Shown: positions 26,209-40,059 of the stretch, piece by piece
How the letters are laid out: each line of letters opens with the position of its first letter
Position numbering within the stretch: the first letter of the stretch is position 1
Source: Eledone cirrhosa
Lineage: Eukaryota
Reading direction: 5' to 3'
Assembly: GCA_964016885.1 (NCBI GenBank)
Contig: OZ024742.1
Span: 255,688,001-255,752,000, forward strand
Length of the DNA: 64,000 bases
The notes under the pieces: generated by a model
Databases searched by the model: none
Told to the model about the DNA's origin: nothing
The model's input: only the letters and a program-made list of their open reading frames with translations
Position numbers and translations under genes: made by a program

Positions 26209-27736
26209 GCCCACCCGCCCACACGCACGCACCCACACGCACACACAAACACACATGTACACACACACATTTATATATATATATTATCATTATTATTGTT
26301 TTATTTAAAATTAGAAACAATTATTATTTTATTTGCCTTCAAATGTCCAGTATTTTAAGTAATAATGCAACATATTGTTTGTACTTTAAATTTGCCCTTT
26401 AAAAATTAGCTGCTTAAAAGAAACACTATAATTTCAGTGTAACATTAAAACTGAGGGGTATACTTGTTCTTTTTCCTGCTTTCAAGTGGGAAGAATGTTA
26501 ACTTTAGTCAGACTCATAGATAATTCATTGTTCTTCCTCACAACTCAGACAGACTCTTCATATGGTTAATGCTAATATAAGGTAAAAGACGGAGAACAAT
26601 CTCTATTATTCTCCACACGTCTGGATTAGCGAACACACCTATTCATGAAATTTACATGTAAGTAGCTGATCATTCCATAGACACATTTTCACTTAACACG
26701 ATTCTCAGAAGTTCAGAATGATTTAATGATTGACAAGTCTGGTCCTTCGAATTATAGGTACAGTTCATTAGATGGGCTTCATTCAACTCCATTTCACTCA
26801 CAAGACATTGGTCAATTCGAGGCTATGTTAAATTCCACATGCCAAAGTTGCTACGCAGTGAAGTCGAAACCGAGACCTAATGATTGCAAAACGAACTCCG
26901 TAAGAATTAGCCATGCTAGTCCTAACATGCCTCAAACTGTACCCTTTTAATAACACATTAGGGATGTGTGTCGTACGGAGAATGTGATATTTGTTAAACC
27001 TAGTTTAAGTCACTCAGTTTTAATGTTACACCGTCACAAAACCTCTATTTTAACACTTTTGATACTAAACAGCCTTGGATCTACAATACAAAACCGTTGT
27101 CTTTTTAAAGTATTTATATTTATGTAAAACAAAGACTCTGTTCTGATCATATTTAACTAGATTCTTTAATTTATGTTCTAAATACCAGATAGGCAATGCG
27201 AATGATAGCAGTTTCGCTAAATCCATAACAATCCAAATTATTTGGAAATAATAGGTAGTGTTTTCCATTAGAAATATAGCAATGAAAGGGTTTAAGTTGC
27301 TAACGTGATCTTTTGGCATGTACCTTAAAGTGCAGGGCACTTGAGAGCAAACAAATCAATGGCTACAAATGGAAAAAAATTAATAATATATTCGATATAC
27401 ATATTTTTCAGTACAATCTAGAACAGTTGTTGCACTGACTATTTCGATAAAAACAATATTTCTATCACGCATAAAGGGATTTTCCGTTTCACAGAAATAG
27501 GTCTTTTGGCTGGAGGCATCCACAGTTTTCTCGAACTTCTTATCACCAATAACAGCTGTCTGGTTTCCTCTACTCCTCTCCCTCATATATATATACACAC
27601 ACACATACTCACAAACATCTCACACACACTCACACACACACACACATATATATATAGATATGTGTGTTTGTGTGTGTATGTGCGTGCGTGTGTGTGTGTG
27701 TGTGTGCGTGTTTGTATGTACTTACATATGTATATA

Positions 27737-28756
27737 CTAGCAGCAGTACCCAGCGTTGCCTGGGTAGGTAAAATAATATCTGCGACTGCTTCTCGATAAC
27801 TCATCTATGATCTATCTCGATAACTCATCTATAACTCATCTATGGCCACACACAGGCCATGCGGGGGAGGGTGGTGATGACCTCTATAACTGAGAAACGC
27901 GGGTTACTGACGAAGGGGCACGCTGAGGGAGGGAGGTAATGACCTCTAACAGTAAGCCAAATTTCCTCACGCTACTTGATTGGAAACCGATGAATTCTCA
28001 AATACACAACTAAAAGCTCGGACCACGTCAGTGGCCATCGTTTTGCCTTTGACCATCTATAAGATGTGCAATGATAGGTTCTATCGTAGTATAAAAGTTG
28101 AACCAAATACATTTATTTATGTGTGAGGTGGAGCCGAAGTTTTGAATTTTAACGAAATCGGTTGAAAAATGTGGGAGTTAGAGCCGAAAAGACGGAAATT
28201 TGGGCGAAAAGGTGGTATTTTCGAATATTTAAGCGGCTGCCACGCCGTTTCTGAACAGAATATCCAAAATGTAAAATCCCTTTAAGACGTGAAATAATCA
28301 GATCTAGCGTAGCGTAACATTTGAACAAAGTAGGTTGATTAATGTGGGAGCTAGAGCCGAACAAGTGGAAATTTGAGTCTAAAAGTGGTATTTTTGAATA
28401 TTTAAGCGGCTTTCACGCCGTCCCTGAACAATAAAGCCATTACAGGATGTGTAATGATAAATTCTATTTTGCTTTAAAATTTGAACGAAATCGGTGGCAA
28501 AATGTGGGAGCTAGAGCCAAAAATGTTATTTTTCGATACCTAAAAAAAGGTGACGCCACCTATCGATTTTTATCTGCAGAATGACCCTGGAATGAAAAAA
28601 AACGATACGCTGATATATAGAAAACACTCCCCGATGACTAATCTATGAGCCTGTAAAGTGTCATGAAAATCGATCGTAAGGTGTAGGCCCCTATAGGTAA
28701 TACACAGACACACAGACACACACACACACATACTTAATTTTATATATATATACAGA
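27737..28756 (-). mobile_element. Non-autonomous Helitron-like element
   Basis: The - strand starts a|TC and ends CTAG|t. A GC hairpin acccag-gcaacg-ctgggt lies 7 nt before CTAG. There are internal subrepeats and a microsatellite near the 5' end. Confidence 0.7.
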
Positions 28757-28821
28757 TATACGTATGTAGTTGACGGCCAAAATAAAAGAGTACTCAATAT
28801 TGGAGTATCCACCTCCTCAAT

Positions 28822-28880
28822 TAATCTGATGAACCTGTGAGAAGAAGGTGAAATTCCAGAGTGACAAGACTCACTATTTA
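28822..28880 (+). ncRNA. Possible hammerhead ribozyme with an imperfect stem III
   Basis: CTGATGA-acct-gtgagaaga-aggt-GAAA followed by gagt-gacaag-actc. Confidence 0.45.
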
Positions 28881-28908
28881 GCCTTTACAAACATACACAC
28901 AGACACAC

Positions 28909-28960
<52 letters not shown>

Positions 28961-28964
<4 letters not shown>

Positions 28965-29263
28965 CAACTAGAAATTGATTGACATATATATATCTATCTA
29001 AAATAAACACATGAAACAATCACAGGAGATAATTTGTAAAGTGTGTAAGCACACACAGCTAGGTAGGTAACTAATTAAAGTTTAACTAGAACTTCAAATA
29101 TAGATACCTTTTAAAGTGATTACTATATTTGAAGTTCTAGTTAAACTTTAATTAGTTAACTACCTAGCTGTGTGTGCTTTCACACTTTACAAATTATCCC
29201 CTGTGATTGTTTCATGTGTTTATTTTAGATATATATATATGTCAATCAATTTCTAGTTGATAT
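28961..29263. repeat. Near-perfect ~300-bp palindrome next to (TA)n
   Basis: atatcaactagaaattgattgacatata ... tatatgtcaatcaatttctagttgatat. Confidence 0.9.
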
Positions 29264-29369
29264 AAAATACTCGGATCTATTCATTGGAATCTTTGAGCTT
29301 ATTCTACAGTGGATATGGTGCATGTCTCTCGGACATGACACACTTAATTTAATTTTGGATATATATATA

Positions 29370-29676
29370 TATACATATACATATACAACACAGAACACAC
29401 AAAAACACGATGGTTTAGGACAGAACATAGAAGAGACGCAAAATGAAAACAATCTCTGAGGAGGTCACAGAATGTGTGACAAATGATTCTTCACAAGACA
29501 TAAACAGCCTTCCGGTTATCGAACAAACCAACAAACTAGAGATTTATAATAAATTGAAGTGAAAAAAACATGTGCGTGTGTTTTAATTGGCAACATGACC
29601 CTCCCAAAGTATAACAATACTTGTTTCAACAAACGTTTTTAGATAAGAAATCTTGCAAAACAAATTCAAAAACGAA

Positions 29677-29680
<4 letters not shown>
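29370..29680 (+). repeat. Diverged PLE pLTR copy, related to 31320-31650
   Basis: Shares tcacagaatgtgtgac and downstream sequence, and has a degenerate HHR at about 29456. Confidence 0.65.
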
Positions 29681-29724
<44 letters not shown>

Positions 29725-29842
29725 GGAAAAAATGAAACGAAATTTCATTTCTCACACATATATATATATATGTGCATGTATGTATATATATATATACATA
29801 CTACTGTACGTCTGTATACATATATGTATGTACGTATACATA

Positions 29843-29923
<81 letters not shown>

Positions 29924-30104
29924 GTATATATATATATGTATATATATATGTATGTATGTATATATGTATATGTGTGTGTGTGTGTATGTGTGTGTATATA
30001 TATATATATAAATATAAATTCATCGAGAATCGCATTTCGGCAGATAGAAAAAGCGAAACGTAACGCAAATTCCGAGGTATATATATATACACACACGCAC
30101 ACAT

Positions 30105-30135
<31 letters not shown>

Positions 30136-30179
30136 TACACACAATACACTCTATTCCCTAATCCCAACTCCTCCGGATC

Positions 30180-31650
30180 CGCCGCCTCTGCAACCGAGAT
30201 GCTAACTTTGAGCCACAGGCCCTTTCCCTAGTCAGCCATTTGATCCGGAGAGGTTAGCCCCCTCCCTCGTCCACACCACCCTCCCTTGCGCCCATGCTGT
30301 CCACCGCTCCACCGCCCTCACTCCACGCCACCGCACACCCACCCACAGTCTCCCCTTCCCCATCACCTACCACCCTCCAACCTACTCCTCCACCGCACCG
30401 CCCTCCGCCCCTTCCGACGCCTCCGGTCCGACCCCTCCACCTCCCCCATCTTTCCATCCTCACCGCTCCCCTCCTTCAAACGCGCGTGCAATCTCCGCAG
30501 CCGCCTCGTCCGCAGCTCCCTAAGCCCCAACCCACGCTCTTCTACCCCGGTTCCCTTCGCTGCTCCAGGCCTCGCTTCCACACCTGCCCCCTCATCACCA
30601 ACACCACCACCTTCGAGGATCCCAACGGCCACTCTCTCTCTGTCCGGCACGCCTTCCGCTGCACCTCCTCCAACCTAGTGTATGGACTCCTACGTCGGAC
30701 AGACTGGACGTCGCCTGCCGGACCGTTTCACTGAACACCTCCGGGATATTCATCTCGGCGGGAGTTTCCCCATCGCCCGCCACTTTGGCTCCCCTGGACA
30801 TTTCGCCCACCACCTCACAGTCTGTGGCCTACTCCAATGCCATGGAACACCCGCCACCCGCCTCACGGACGAACAATACAACATGTTCACCCTACAGACC
30901 CACACACCCCGGCCTGAACTCCCCAACCCTATTCATTTAGCCTTCGACCGTCCACCTTTCCCCCTCACACATCCCCCACTAACACCATTAATACATTCAT
31001 CCATTTCACCACCCCACCCCTTGGCCCACCCCACAACTAATAATACTAACATGTGTTACGTAATAATACTAACATGTGTTACATCCGGGTGTCTGTGTGT
31101 GTTTTAATTAATTAATTTATTTGTTTATTTACATGTAACTAGTTGGTTGTTTGTTCTATGTGTGTGTGCTTTCATTTTGTACTTAATTGTAAGTTATGAT
31201 GTTGCTATTCCATTCATGTTTTCTATTTACTTTAATTTCTATGTAAATAAACAAATAAATAAACAAATAAAAACACAAATAAAAACACACACAGACACTC
31301 GTATGTAACACATGCGCAAACTAAGCACACAACAAACACAAAAACAAGATGACGTAGGACAGAACTAAGGAGAGGCACAAAACAAAGAAAAGAATCCCCG
31401 GTCACTGATGAGCTCACAGAATGTGTGACGAAAGATCTTTGAAAATATATGAACAACGTCCGGTTGTGGAACCAACCAACCGGAAATTTATAAAATATTT
31501 TTTAAATTTATAATAATTTATAATAAATTCGAGTGAAAGCAACTGGTCCGTATTGGCAGCATGAGCCTCCCAAAGTAAAACAATATCGGTTTCAACACAC
31601 GTTTTCAGATAAAGAATCTTGCTAAACAAATTGAGAAACGAAATATATAT
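30180..31650 (+). mobile_element. Neptune/Poseidon-type PLE 3' fragment: decayed GIY-YIG endonuclease + pLTR
   Basis: Across frames: SFKRACNLRSRLVRS, RCSRPRFHTCP, FRCTSSNLVY, YVGQTGRRLPDRFTEHLRDI. Confidence 0.8.
31402..31442 (+). ncRNA. Minimal hammerhead ribozyme
   Basis: tca-CTGATGA-gctcaca-gaatg-tgtgac-GAAA-gatc-TT-tga. Confidence 0.7.
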
Positions 31651-31667
31651 ACATGTATATATATATG

Positions 31668-31781
<114 letters not shown>

Positions 31782-31868
31782 TATATACATATATACACAC
31801 ATATATATATATAACTATTTCACTAATGCACCCCACCAACTCCTTCACAATGTCTTCTATTAAAAAAG

Positions 31869-31919
<51 letters not shown>

Positions 31920-32121
31920 TATGTATACGTACATACATATATGTATACAGACGTACAGTAGTATGTATATATACATACATGCACACACATATATATATGT
32001 ACGTATGGATTCATCGAACATTTATTATAATGCTCGATGTGTTTGTAAACAAACAACCCGAATTAAGCCGTACAGTGTCTAGCAACCAACGTTGGTCGTT
32101 TGTTCAACCCTGACAAAGGAA

Positions 32122-32162
32122 CGCTGTACTTGTTTCAAGCTTATTAGCTATCGTCAGCATCG
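32122..32162 (-). ncRNA. Minimal hammerhead ribozyme inside a short repeated element (31915-32470; partial relatives at 29720 and 59800)
   Basis: cgatg-CTGACGA-tagct-aata-agctt-GAAA-caag-TA-cagcg. Confidence 0.7.
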
Positions 32163-33569
32163 TATACCTTTCTGTCAGATGGTTGAACGTCTGAAAGTAT
32201 ATACTTTCCTTATGCATATTAACGGCTGAGCAGCCTAATTTGCATATCCAGTGAGTTAGTCGGCCGGGCGCACCGAAAACGATAAACAGAAAAAATTAAA
32301 CGAAATTTCATTTCTCACTCTTAGTACGGTTGTTACTTAAATATAAGTATGTATACGTACATACATATATGTATACAGACGTACAGTAGTATGTATATAT
32401 ATATATATACATACATGCACACATATATATATGTACGTATGGATTCACCGAACATTTATTATAATGCTCGGTGTATATATTTGTGTAGATATGCTTGTAA
32501 TGTATATATATATGTGTATATATGCTTGTAACTCTTTCCTAATTTGTTGTGTCCTACAATCCCTTCTTTTACTCGATAGAACACATTGCATTCTCAGCTA
32601 ATCTTTCTCTTGCACTCAACTTTAACTTACGGTTTAAGCTGCCATTAACAGTTTTCTCATTCTATTCAAGGCGAACTTTAATACAAGCAAAATCAGCTAC
32701 TATGTTACTCATTTTACTGCGCTCGTCTATCGTGCATGTCAGCTGCAATTAAATTATGCCTGTTCAGGGATAAACAATTAAAATGAATAAATAAACGATA
32801 TTACGTCACGTGGGAGTGATTGTGCGTGGCTAGGTAGACAGCGTGTTTGTATCGGGATAACAATGTCTTAAGTTTTATTCCCGGTTGTGCATTCTGTTCT
32901 TCAACAAAACATTTATTTCATATTGCACAAGTCCATATTGCTGGCAAAAATGAGTTGCAATTGTAATCTATAGAGCTAGCTTTGTAATACTCTATGTCAC
33001 GCTGAATATGCCTGGGAACTACGTTAATGGTATAAGTTCCTGTAGAAAACTCAGCCAATTGCACGTTTATTTTAGGAACAAGTTGTTCCATTGTTCGCAT
33101 CAACTGGAACAGTCATAGTCATAACCGAACCACGGAACAGGCTGTAAATCTACAGAATATAGAATAACGTATTTAAATACAAGTGAAATATTGCTCTTAA
33201 CTAAATTAATGTTTAAATTCTAACATTAAATTCAATAAAAAAAAGTAGAATGTTTATATATTAATAGAAATGTAGTTATTGGTAAAGCTAAAATATCCAA
33301 TATGTTTAACGAAGAAGAATAAAAGTATTATTGCCAGATCATTAGCTATGTACATTAATCTCTTCTTTACCGTGTTTCTATTCAAAAGACACTGTGATTG
33401 GTTTATACATAATCAGGAATCTGAAGGGAATTAGTAAGATAACTAACTTTCTCGTTATTAATCTGGTATTTTGAGTATAACCTAACAAAGGCTAACTTGA
33501 TGGAAGAATCGTAGGTAAATAGAAATACTAACTTGCTATACTTCTAATGTATACACTACTTATTCAATA

Positions 33570-33755
33570 ATTGTTTCTAATTTTGGCACAAGGCCAGCAA
33601 TTACTCAGTACATTACTGGTACTTTTTTATCGACCCCGTAAGGATGAAAGGCAAAGTTGACCTCGGCGGGATTTGAACTCAGAATGGAAAGGTCCGTAAC
33701 TCTATGCGTCAAAGCATGACGTCCGACCCTCTACCGATACTGCCAATCCACCGTA
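33570..33755 (-). mobile_element. Same tRNA-derived SINE
   Basis: Collinear with the other copies. Confidence 0.8.
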
Positions 33756-35751
33756 TTCAATAATGATTTGGAATAGTTTTGATACTATAACTAACTTTAT
33801 CTTTATTTAGTTTGTGTTTGAAATATATAACCTAACAAAAGATTTTACATAAAATTACGATGGAATGTATTTACTTAACATCACGTCAGAGAGATTCTCG
33901 ATAAATATAAACACTTTGGAATCAACAGTTTTGTATTATAGATAGCACTGCAAAAGAATATTATCGGCTTATCTGAAAACCGATACAGCTCTGTAGGAAC
34001 ACCGTATTGATGTATTCTATGTTAAAACTGTATTGTAATTCCTATGGAAATGGAATGGACCTTCATCGGTTTCGCCGATGAATTTTCCAGTTGTTTGTTC
34101 AATCGAACACCCTGCTCAGGAAATTAAAGAGAATTAAACAGACACATACACCTTAACGTAATTCTCTAGGTGATTCAGAGTGATTTAGTATTTAACATAA
34201 CTGTCCCCTTAAATTCAGGTAAATCCCTTCGGATGAGCTTCCAAACAATTTCCATCTATCCACTTTCTTTCAACCAGTGACTATGATAAATGACTGTTGC
34301 TGAAGAAGTGGGATCGAACCCAGATCTTAGTGACAGCGATATGTAATTCTTATCCATCCGGCCAAGCTGCATCCACATTCTAACATTAAAATCTGAGTGA
34401 ACTATTTTGTAATCCACATAGAATATTTACAAATAACTTGATAGTAACAATATTCCATCCATCATATACGGCATATCTTGGGTAATGAAATATGGTAGAA
34501 CCCTCTACGTCTGAACACAACCGATTTCTTCCAGAATAAAGTAAGGGTAAAAGAAAGGGAGAACAAATAAATATCGGCCTCAGTCCTGGACTGGTACTTT
34601 ATTTATCACCATCGAAAGGATTAAAACTACAGGGGGCATCGAGGAGTTGTGAACTCAGAGTGTAGAAAGCGAGAAAGAATACCGCCCAGTATTCTGACAT
34701 CTTAACGATTCTCCCAATTTGTCACCTAGGTAACTAACTCATATCAACATTGAGTGTAAATACATGTATGTGATGCATTTGTGTTACTAGAAAATATTAA
34801 AAATATTAGAAGTAAAATAAATATCTGAATAAAGTATTTAATAACGACATTGTACCCGTGAAACGGTTTATCCGGAAAGTAATGAACTATAGGAACGACT
34901 GTCAAGATGTTTAATAAAATTGTCTTGGTGAAATAGAAAGGCATTTTATTAATTTTTCATATAAAGCCATGGATGGTTCATTGGCGATTAAATTTAAGCT
35001 TTCATAATCCTCACTCTAAATTTTAACTTAACGTTCGCTGGTTATTTAATTAAAAAATACATTCATTTCATACACTACTTTTTAAAATAAAACGGCGAAT
35101 TTGTAGTCCTTAGAATACCAGAGGGATCATTTGCAATGTGGCATCCATTCTGAGTTCAAATCCCACCGAGGTCAGCATTGACTTTCATCTTTTCAAATCA
35201 ATAAATGTAATACCAGTTTATTACTCTGTCTCTTTCTCTGGAAGGAACCGTCTGTATTTAGACATGTAAAATGATGGGCTAATGCAAGTTTAAATAAATG
35301 ATCTAGAGACGGCGTATGTCACGATGTCTGTCCTACGTCTCTAATAGGATTTAATGTCCCATGCATGAAACTTTCTGAATGAAGTAAAAGAGAGACGTGA
35401 AAAAAATGACAGCGTGACTAACAAGAATCATTACTCAATGTCGTGCATTAAATAACACAAGTTATATTTTTTATTCTTTTTACCTTTTTCAATCAGTAGA
35501 CAGGTGTCATGCTAGGATGTGTTGACCCCGGTTTATATAGTTTCAATTCGGGTACTTATTTATTGGTCTCTTGTTAACGGGACGGCAAAAGTATACACAT
35601 GCACCCTTATATATATACTTTTGGCACAATTACCCAGTGGTACTTTATTTTATCGACCACGTAAGGATGAAAGGCAAAGTTAACCTCGGCGGGATTTGAA
35701 CTCAGACCGTAAAGGGAAGTAACTACGCTGGAAAGCATGTCCGACCCTCTA

Positions 35752-38700
35752 TTCTTTATTAACCACAAGGGTTGACACAAAGTATAACATTAAGGACAAC
35801 ACAGGACAATACAAATTGGAATTTCTGCGTGTAAAAAGAAACAAAAACAGAGTGTGACAAAAGCAAACAATGAAAAATTCTCAATAGTGGGGAGACCTCC
35901 GAGTTTTGTTCGCGCAGAAAGCCCACAAGAAAAGCCAAGGTTACCCTGACCGCTAGGTCCTCTTTTCCTCCTACAACGCTACAGGCACACGCCCAGGGTA
36001 GACCCATTCACGTGGGCCATTCTTGCCTCTCTTACACACCTTCCAACAAACTGGCTGGAAGGCAGCACTTATCGCTCCACCCTGATTTTCCTCTTCAGGT
36101 GAAACCTGAAAAAGTTAATGAGGGCATCACCGAAGAGAAAAGTATCCGTCTTCAACCCTTTCAGACGTGTCCACCATACAATCTCTTTTACCATGGCCAC
36201 CAGGCAGATAAAAACTGCCTGCCCTTCTCGGCTAAAAGAAGGCGGCGGAGCAATTTTCACGATGGAATCAGCTGATAGCCGGACCCGTTCTACACGTGAC
36301 ACCAGGTGTTCGGCATAAACCCACAAATCAGCAATGCTCGGACACTGGAGGAGTGAGTGCAGAACGGTTTCATCAACGGTTTCATTGGCTGACGGCACTT
36401 CCATGCCTGTAGAGTTTATCCCGAACTGGCAAGGTTCCTCGGTAGCACTGCCAGGCCAGGGATTTCTGGAAGTTGTCCATGGGCGCCGGCCCGAAAGTTC
36501 TCCCGAAGAGATTGGCTAGTTGGCTTTCGTCGACGCCTAGAGTCTCCCCAAGGACGTCGTTGCTCTTTCTCTCCACTAATTCTCTATAGAACGCTATGGT
36601 GGAGGTTCAAGCGATTGTATTGCTCGATTGGTCGAGGGCTGTAAGCGCCTGAAGGCACTACAGTCTCCAAGCGCTTCCTCTCGGTCTTCGTTTTACCCAG
36701 GACTGCAACTCCGCCAAGAGGACAAGGTGGAGAAACATGTGTCCAGCAAATTGCGACCACACCTGATCACCATCAAGGAAGTGGTGGTGATGTCGTAGCC
36801 TGAGCGCATGTCTTCGGATCATCAGCCACGGCACGCCCAGCCCTCTGCGTAGCGGGTATTAACAGCAGATGGACCGCCTGACCATCGGAGCACGTCCCTT
36901 CCACAAAAGACGAAAGAGCAAACGCTCCAGTGCAGTCAGGCGAGGCTTAGGACAAGGCACGGCGATCAGGCGGTAGTAGATGACGGACGCGATGTACGCG
37001 TTAGCCACCTCCGCTCGACCTTTCAGGGATAGCTTCCTCACGGCCCATTTCTGGGCGAGTGTTTTTGTCCGGACCGAACCAGACCCCTAGCAATTAAACC
37101 AGTCCGTCCGTCCAGCGCCCGACGACGCTGTTGGAAGGCATGGACCAGCCTCTCCAGGTGCTGAGTTGCAGGCCTACTGATTTTTCCTGGTTGATTGTTG
37201 CTCCTCTCACTACCACGTATTCTCTTAGTGTGGTGCCGATCACCTCGATGTGTTTGGCGTTCGACACCATTACGATGATGTCGTCTGCATAAGCTGACAC
37301 TGTTCTTCCGCATCGTAGTTCACGCGGGATCCCCCTCAGCGTCTCCAGTTTGTGCAGTAATGGCTCGAGAGTCAATACGTACAACAAGGACGAGGGAGGA
37401 CATCATTGGCGGATCGAGCGCATGATGTTGAACGGTTCTGAAAGGTGACCATTCACTCTCACCACAGAGCAGATCTCGCTCTCCATGGCAGCAATCGACC
37501 CTCTGAAGACAGGCCCAAAGCCAGCTGTTCTTAGGACTGCTGCCAGATAACGATGGTCGACCCTATCGAAAGGTTTTGACTGATCTAAATTTACCAAAGG
37601 CCGACCCATGCCAGGTTCCCTAGCTACCCTCTCTACGATGTATTGCATGAGGTGGCGGTTATCGTAGATGGATCTGTCTGGAATGGCGCATGTTTGCGCC
37701 TCTCCCACCAGACCACCAACGCCAAGCACCAACCTCTTTGTCAGCACCTTGGCCAAAATCTTGAACTCTGTGTTTAGCAGAGTTATGGGCCTGAAATTTT
37801 CTATGTTATCCCCCTTGTTCGGATCCTTTCTAAGCAGCGCCACCACTCCTCAGCTCACAGATCTGGGAATTCTCCCGTTCTGCTGCCAGTTGCAGTAGAC
37901 GTCCGCCAAGAGGCCTTCGAACAAGTCTGGCATATGTATGTAAAATTCGTAGGACAGTCCATCCAAACAAGGCGATTTACCCATTGTGCAGCTAGTCATT
38001 GTCTCACGTACTTCAGTAGCTGTTATCGGCCTATCGCAACATTCTGCCTCAGTGCTTGAGAGCTGCGGCAGTCCGTCGAGGTAAGCAATTAATCCCATTC
38101 CGTGATGCGGCGCGCCATTGCCCCCGAACAGCTGAGAAAAGTGCTGCTGAAAAGCCGCACACATCTGCCCGGGATCGAGTATCATGCGCCCGTCGTGGTT
38201 CGTGAAAGAACGGATCTTGGCTTTGTTGTCACGACGCGCCTCCGTCACCCGGGCCCATTGAACGGCTTTTGTCCTCTCGTGTCTGAGAGCAAGCACCGTA
38301 GCTCTGACAACGCAGCCTTCGTGCTTAGCGTGGAAAAATTGGTCGAGAGTCAATTTCGCCGCAAGCACGTCGGTCGCGATGCCTTTACTAAGAGCCTCGT
38401 CTAATTAAATTTCCTTCTGCTCTATTTTTCTCTGTTACTAACGCTTTACTAAACCTAATGGACTCTATACTAATCGCTCTTTTCAGGGAAAACCGCCATT
38501 TATTGTTGACGATGGCCCCTGTCAACGCCCGCTTAACTAATTCGCTAATCCTGTCTCTGTGAGCTTTGCGCGCTGTTAACTACGTCTTCTGTTTCCAGTA
38601 GCCGGGTCCCTGTCTATGAAGCCTATCTAAGTCCACCACACAGATCACGAATTTGTGGTCCGTGTAGCCGACTATCTTGAATTGTGGACAGCCTATGCTA

Positions 38701-40055
38701 GACCTACCTATTTCCCTAGATATGATCTGGATATGATCTGGATGACCCGATGCGGTTTGTCCAAGTCCACATTGGCACATTCGGGAAATATAATCGGTAC
38801 CTGTCCGACAGTTGAAAACGCCTGAGCAGGTCTGTGAGGCTTTTACACCCTCCTTCCCTATCCGCTAATCCCTCACGAACCCAGCGTGCATCTAAGATCC
38901 CGTTCCAGTCACCCACTAACACTAAAGAGCGGGACGTTCCAAGTAAAGTCTCCAGACGCCGGAAGAATTCAGGCCGCCATGCTCTTGTTGGAGCATAGAC
39001 GGCCACTAGCCTGAAAGCTTGTCCTTCTCCGCTGGTCACGTCCAGTACCACCAACTTACCTTCTGGGTCCAAGAAGACGGCCCTTATCTCGAGATCCAGA
39101 CTTCTCCGGAACAACGCCCCCTCCCGCCCAGATTCGGGACGGCTTGGAGATGTGTACACCTCGTAGCCGCCGAAAATGGGTGCGAATGCCCGTTCCTCGG
39201 AGATTCTGGTCTCGCTGATAGCCACCACATCTATGTTTAGCGACCAGAGATCGTTTAGCAGGTGGCCTTGCTTCAAAGTCGACCCCAGGCCACATGTATA
39301 TATGCTACCTATTCTGAGAGAAGCCATGTTGGCTAGGATAGGAGGAAAACAAGTGAGAGCGGAGAAGTACACAAATTACCTGTGTCTCTTTTTTAGGAAG
39401 GGGTGGGCGATCCATCCCTCCGACCATGTGTGGGTTTCGACACGCGAATGTCCGTGAATATTCTTTTGGTGATGTTCCCTCGGTAATCTCCAATTGATGT
39501 GGGAAACATTTTTTTTAATGTTATGCAATTTTTTTGTGTGATTTCTATTATTTTTATGTGTGTGGGGGTGCAATTTTGGTGGTTTGTACGTAGTTTGTTT
39601 CTGTGATGTTTGTGTGGTGTTGAATATAATTTAAAAGCTTTCGTTGTCTGTGTCTATGTCTGTGTATTGTGTCTGCTGTTGAGGTGTTGGTGCATTCTGT
39701 GTTTGCTGTGGTTTTGTTGGAGGTGACAATGGGGCAGATGCTAAGGGGGGCGGCAGTGGTAATGTTGGTGGTGGTGGTGGTGATGGTGGCGATGGTGTAG
39801 GTGGTTGTGGGGCTGTGGCTGTTGATGGTGGTGAAGTAGGTGGGGTAGTTTTCATTTTCTTGGGGGGGGGGGGGCGAAGATAGGGAGTTCTTCCTTTTTT
39901 TGTTGGAATAGTGCTCCGTTCTTCGGCCGATTTAGCTATATCAGGAAGGGGCATGCATTCCATTGGTTCTGTGGGTGGTTGAGGAGATGGTGCTTTTGTT
40001 GTTGGGGATGGTGATTTGCTCCTGAAAGGAAGACGGCGTGACCATCTGCACAATA
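35752..40055 (-). mobile_element. Tx1/L1-clade LINE with near full-length decayed ORF2 (APE + RT) and Pro-rich ORF1 C-terminus
   Basis: APE at 38716-39372 (DVVAISET, VAVYAP, LVGDWN). RT motifs NFRPITLLNTEFKILAK, LDQSKPFDRV and SAYADD. Many stops and frameshifts. Confidence 0.9.
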
Positions 40056-40059
40056 GACT

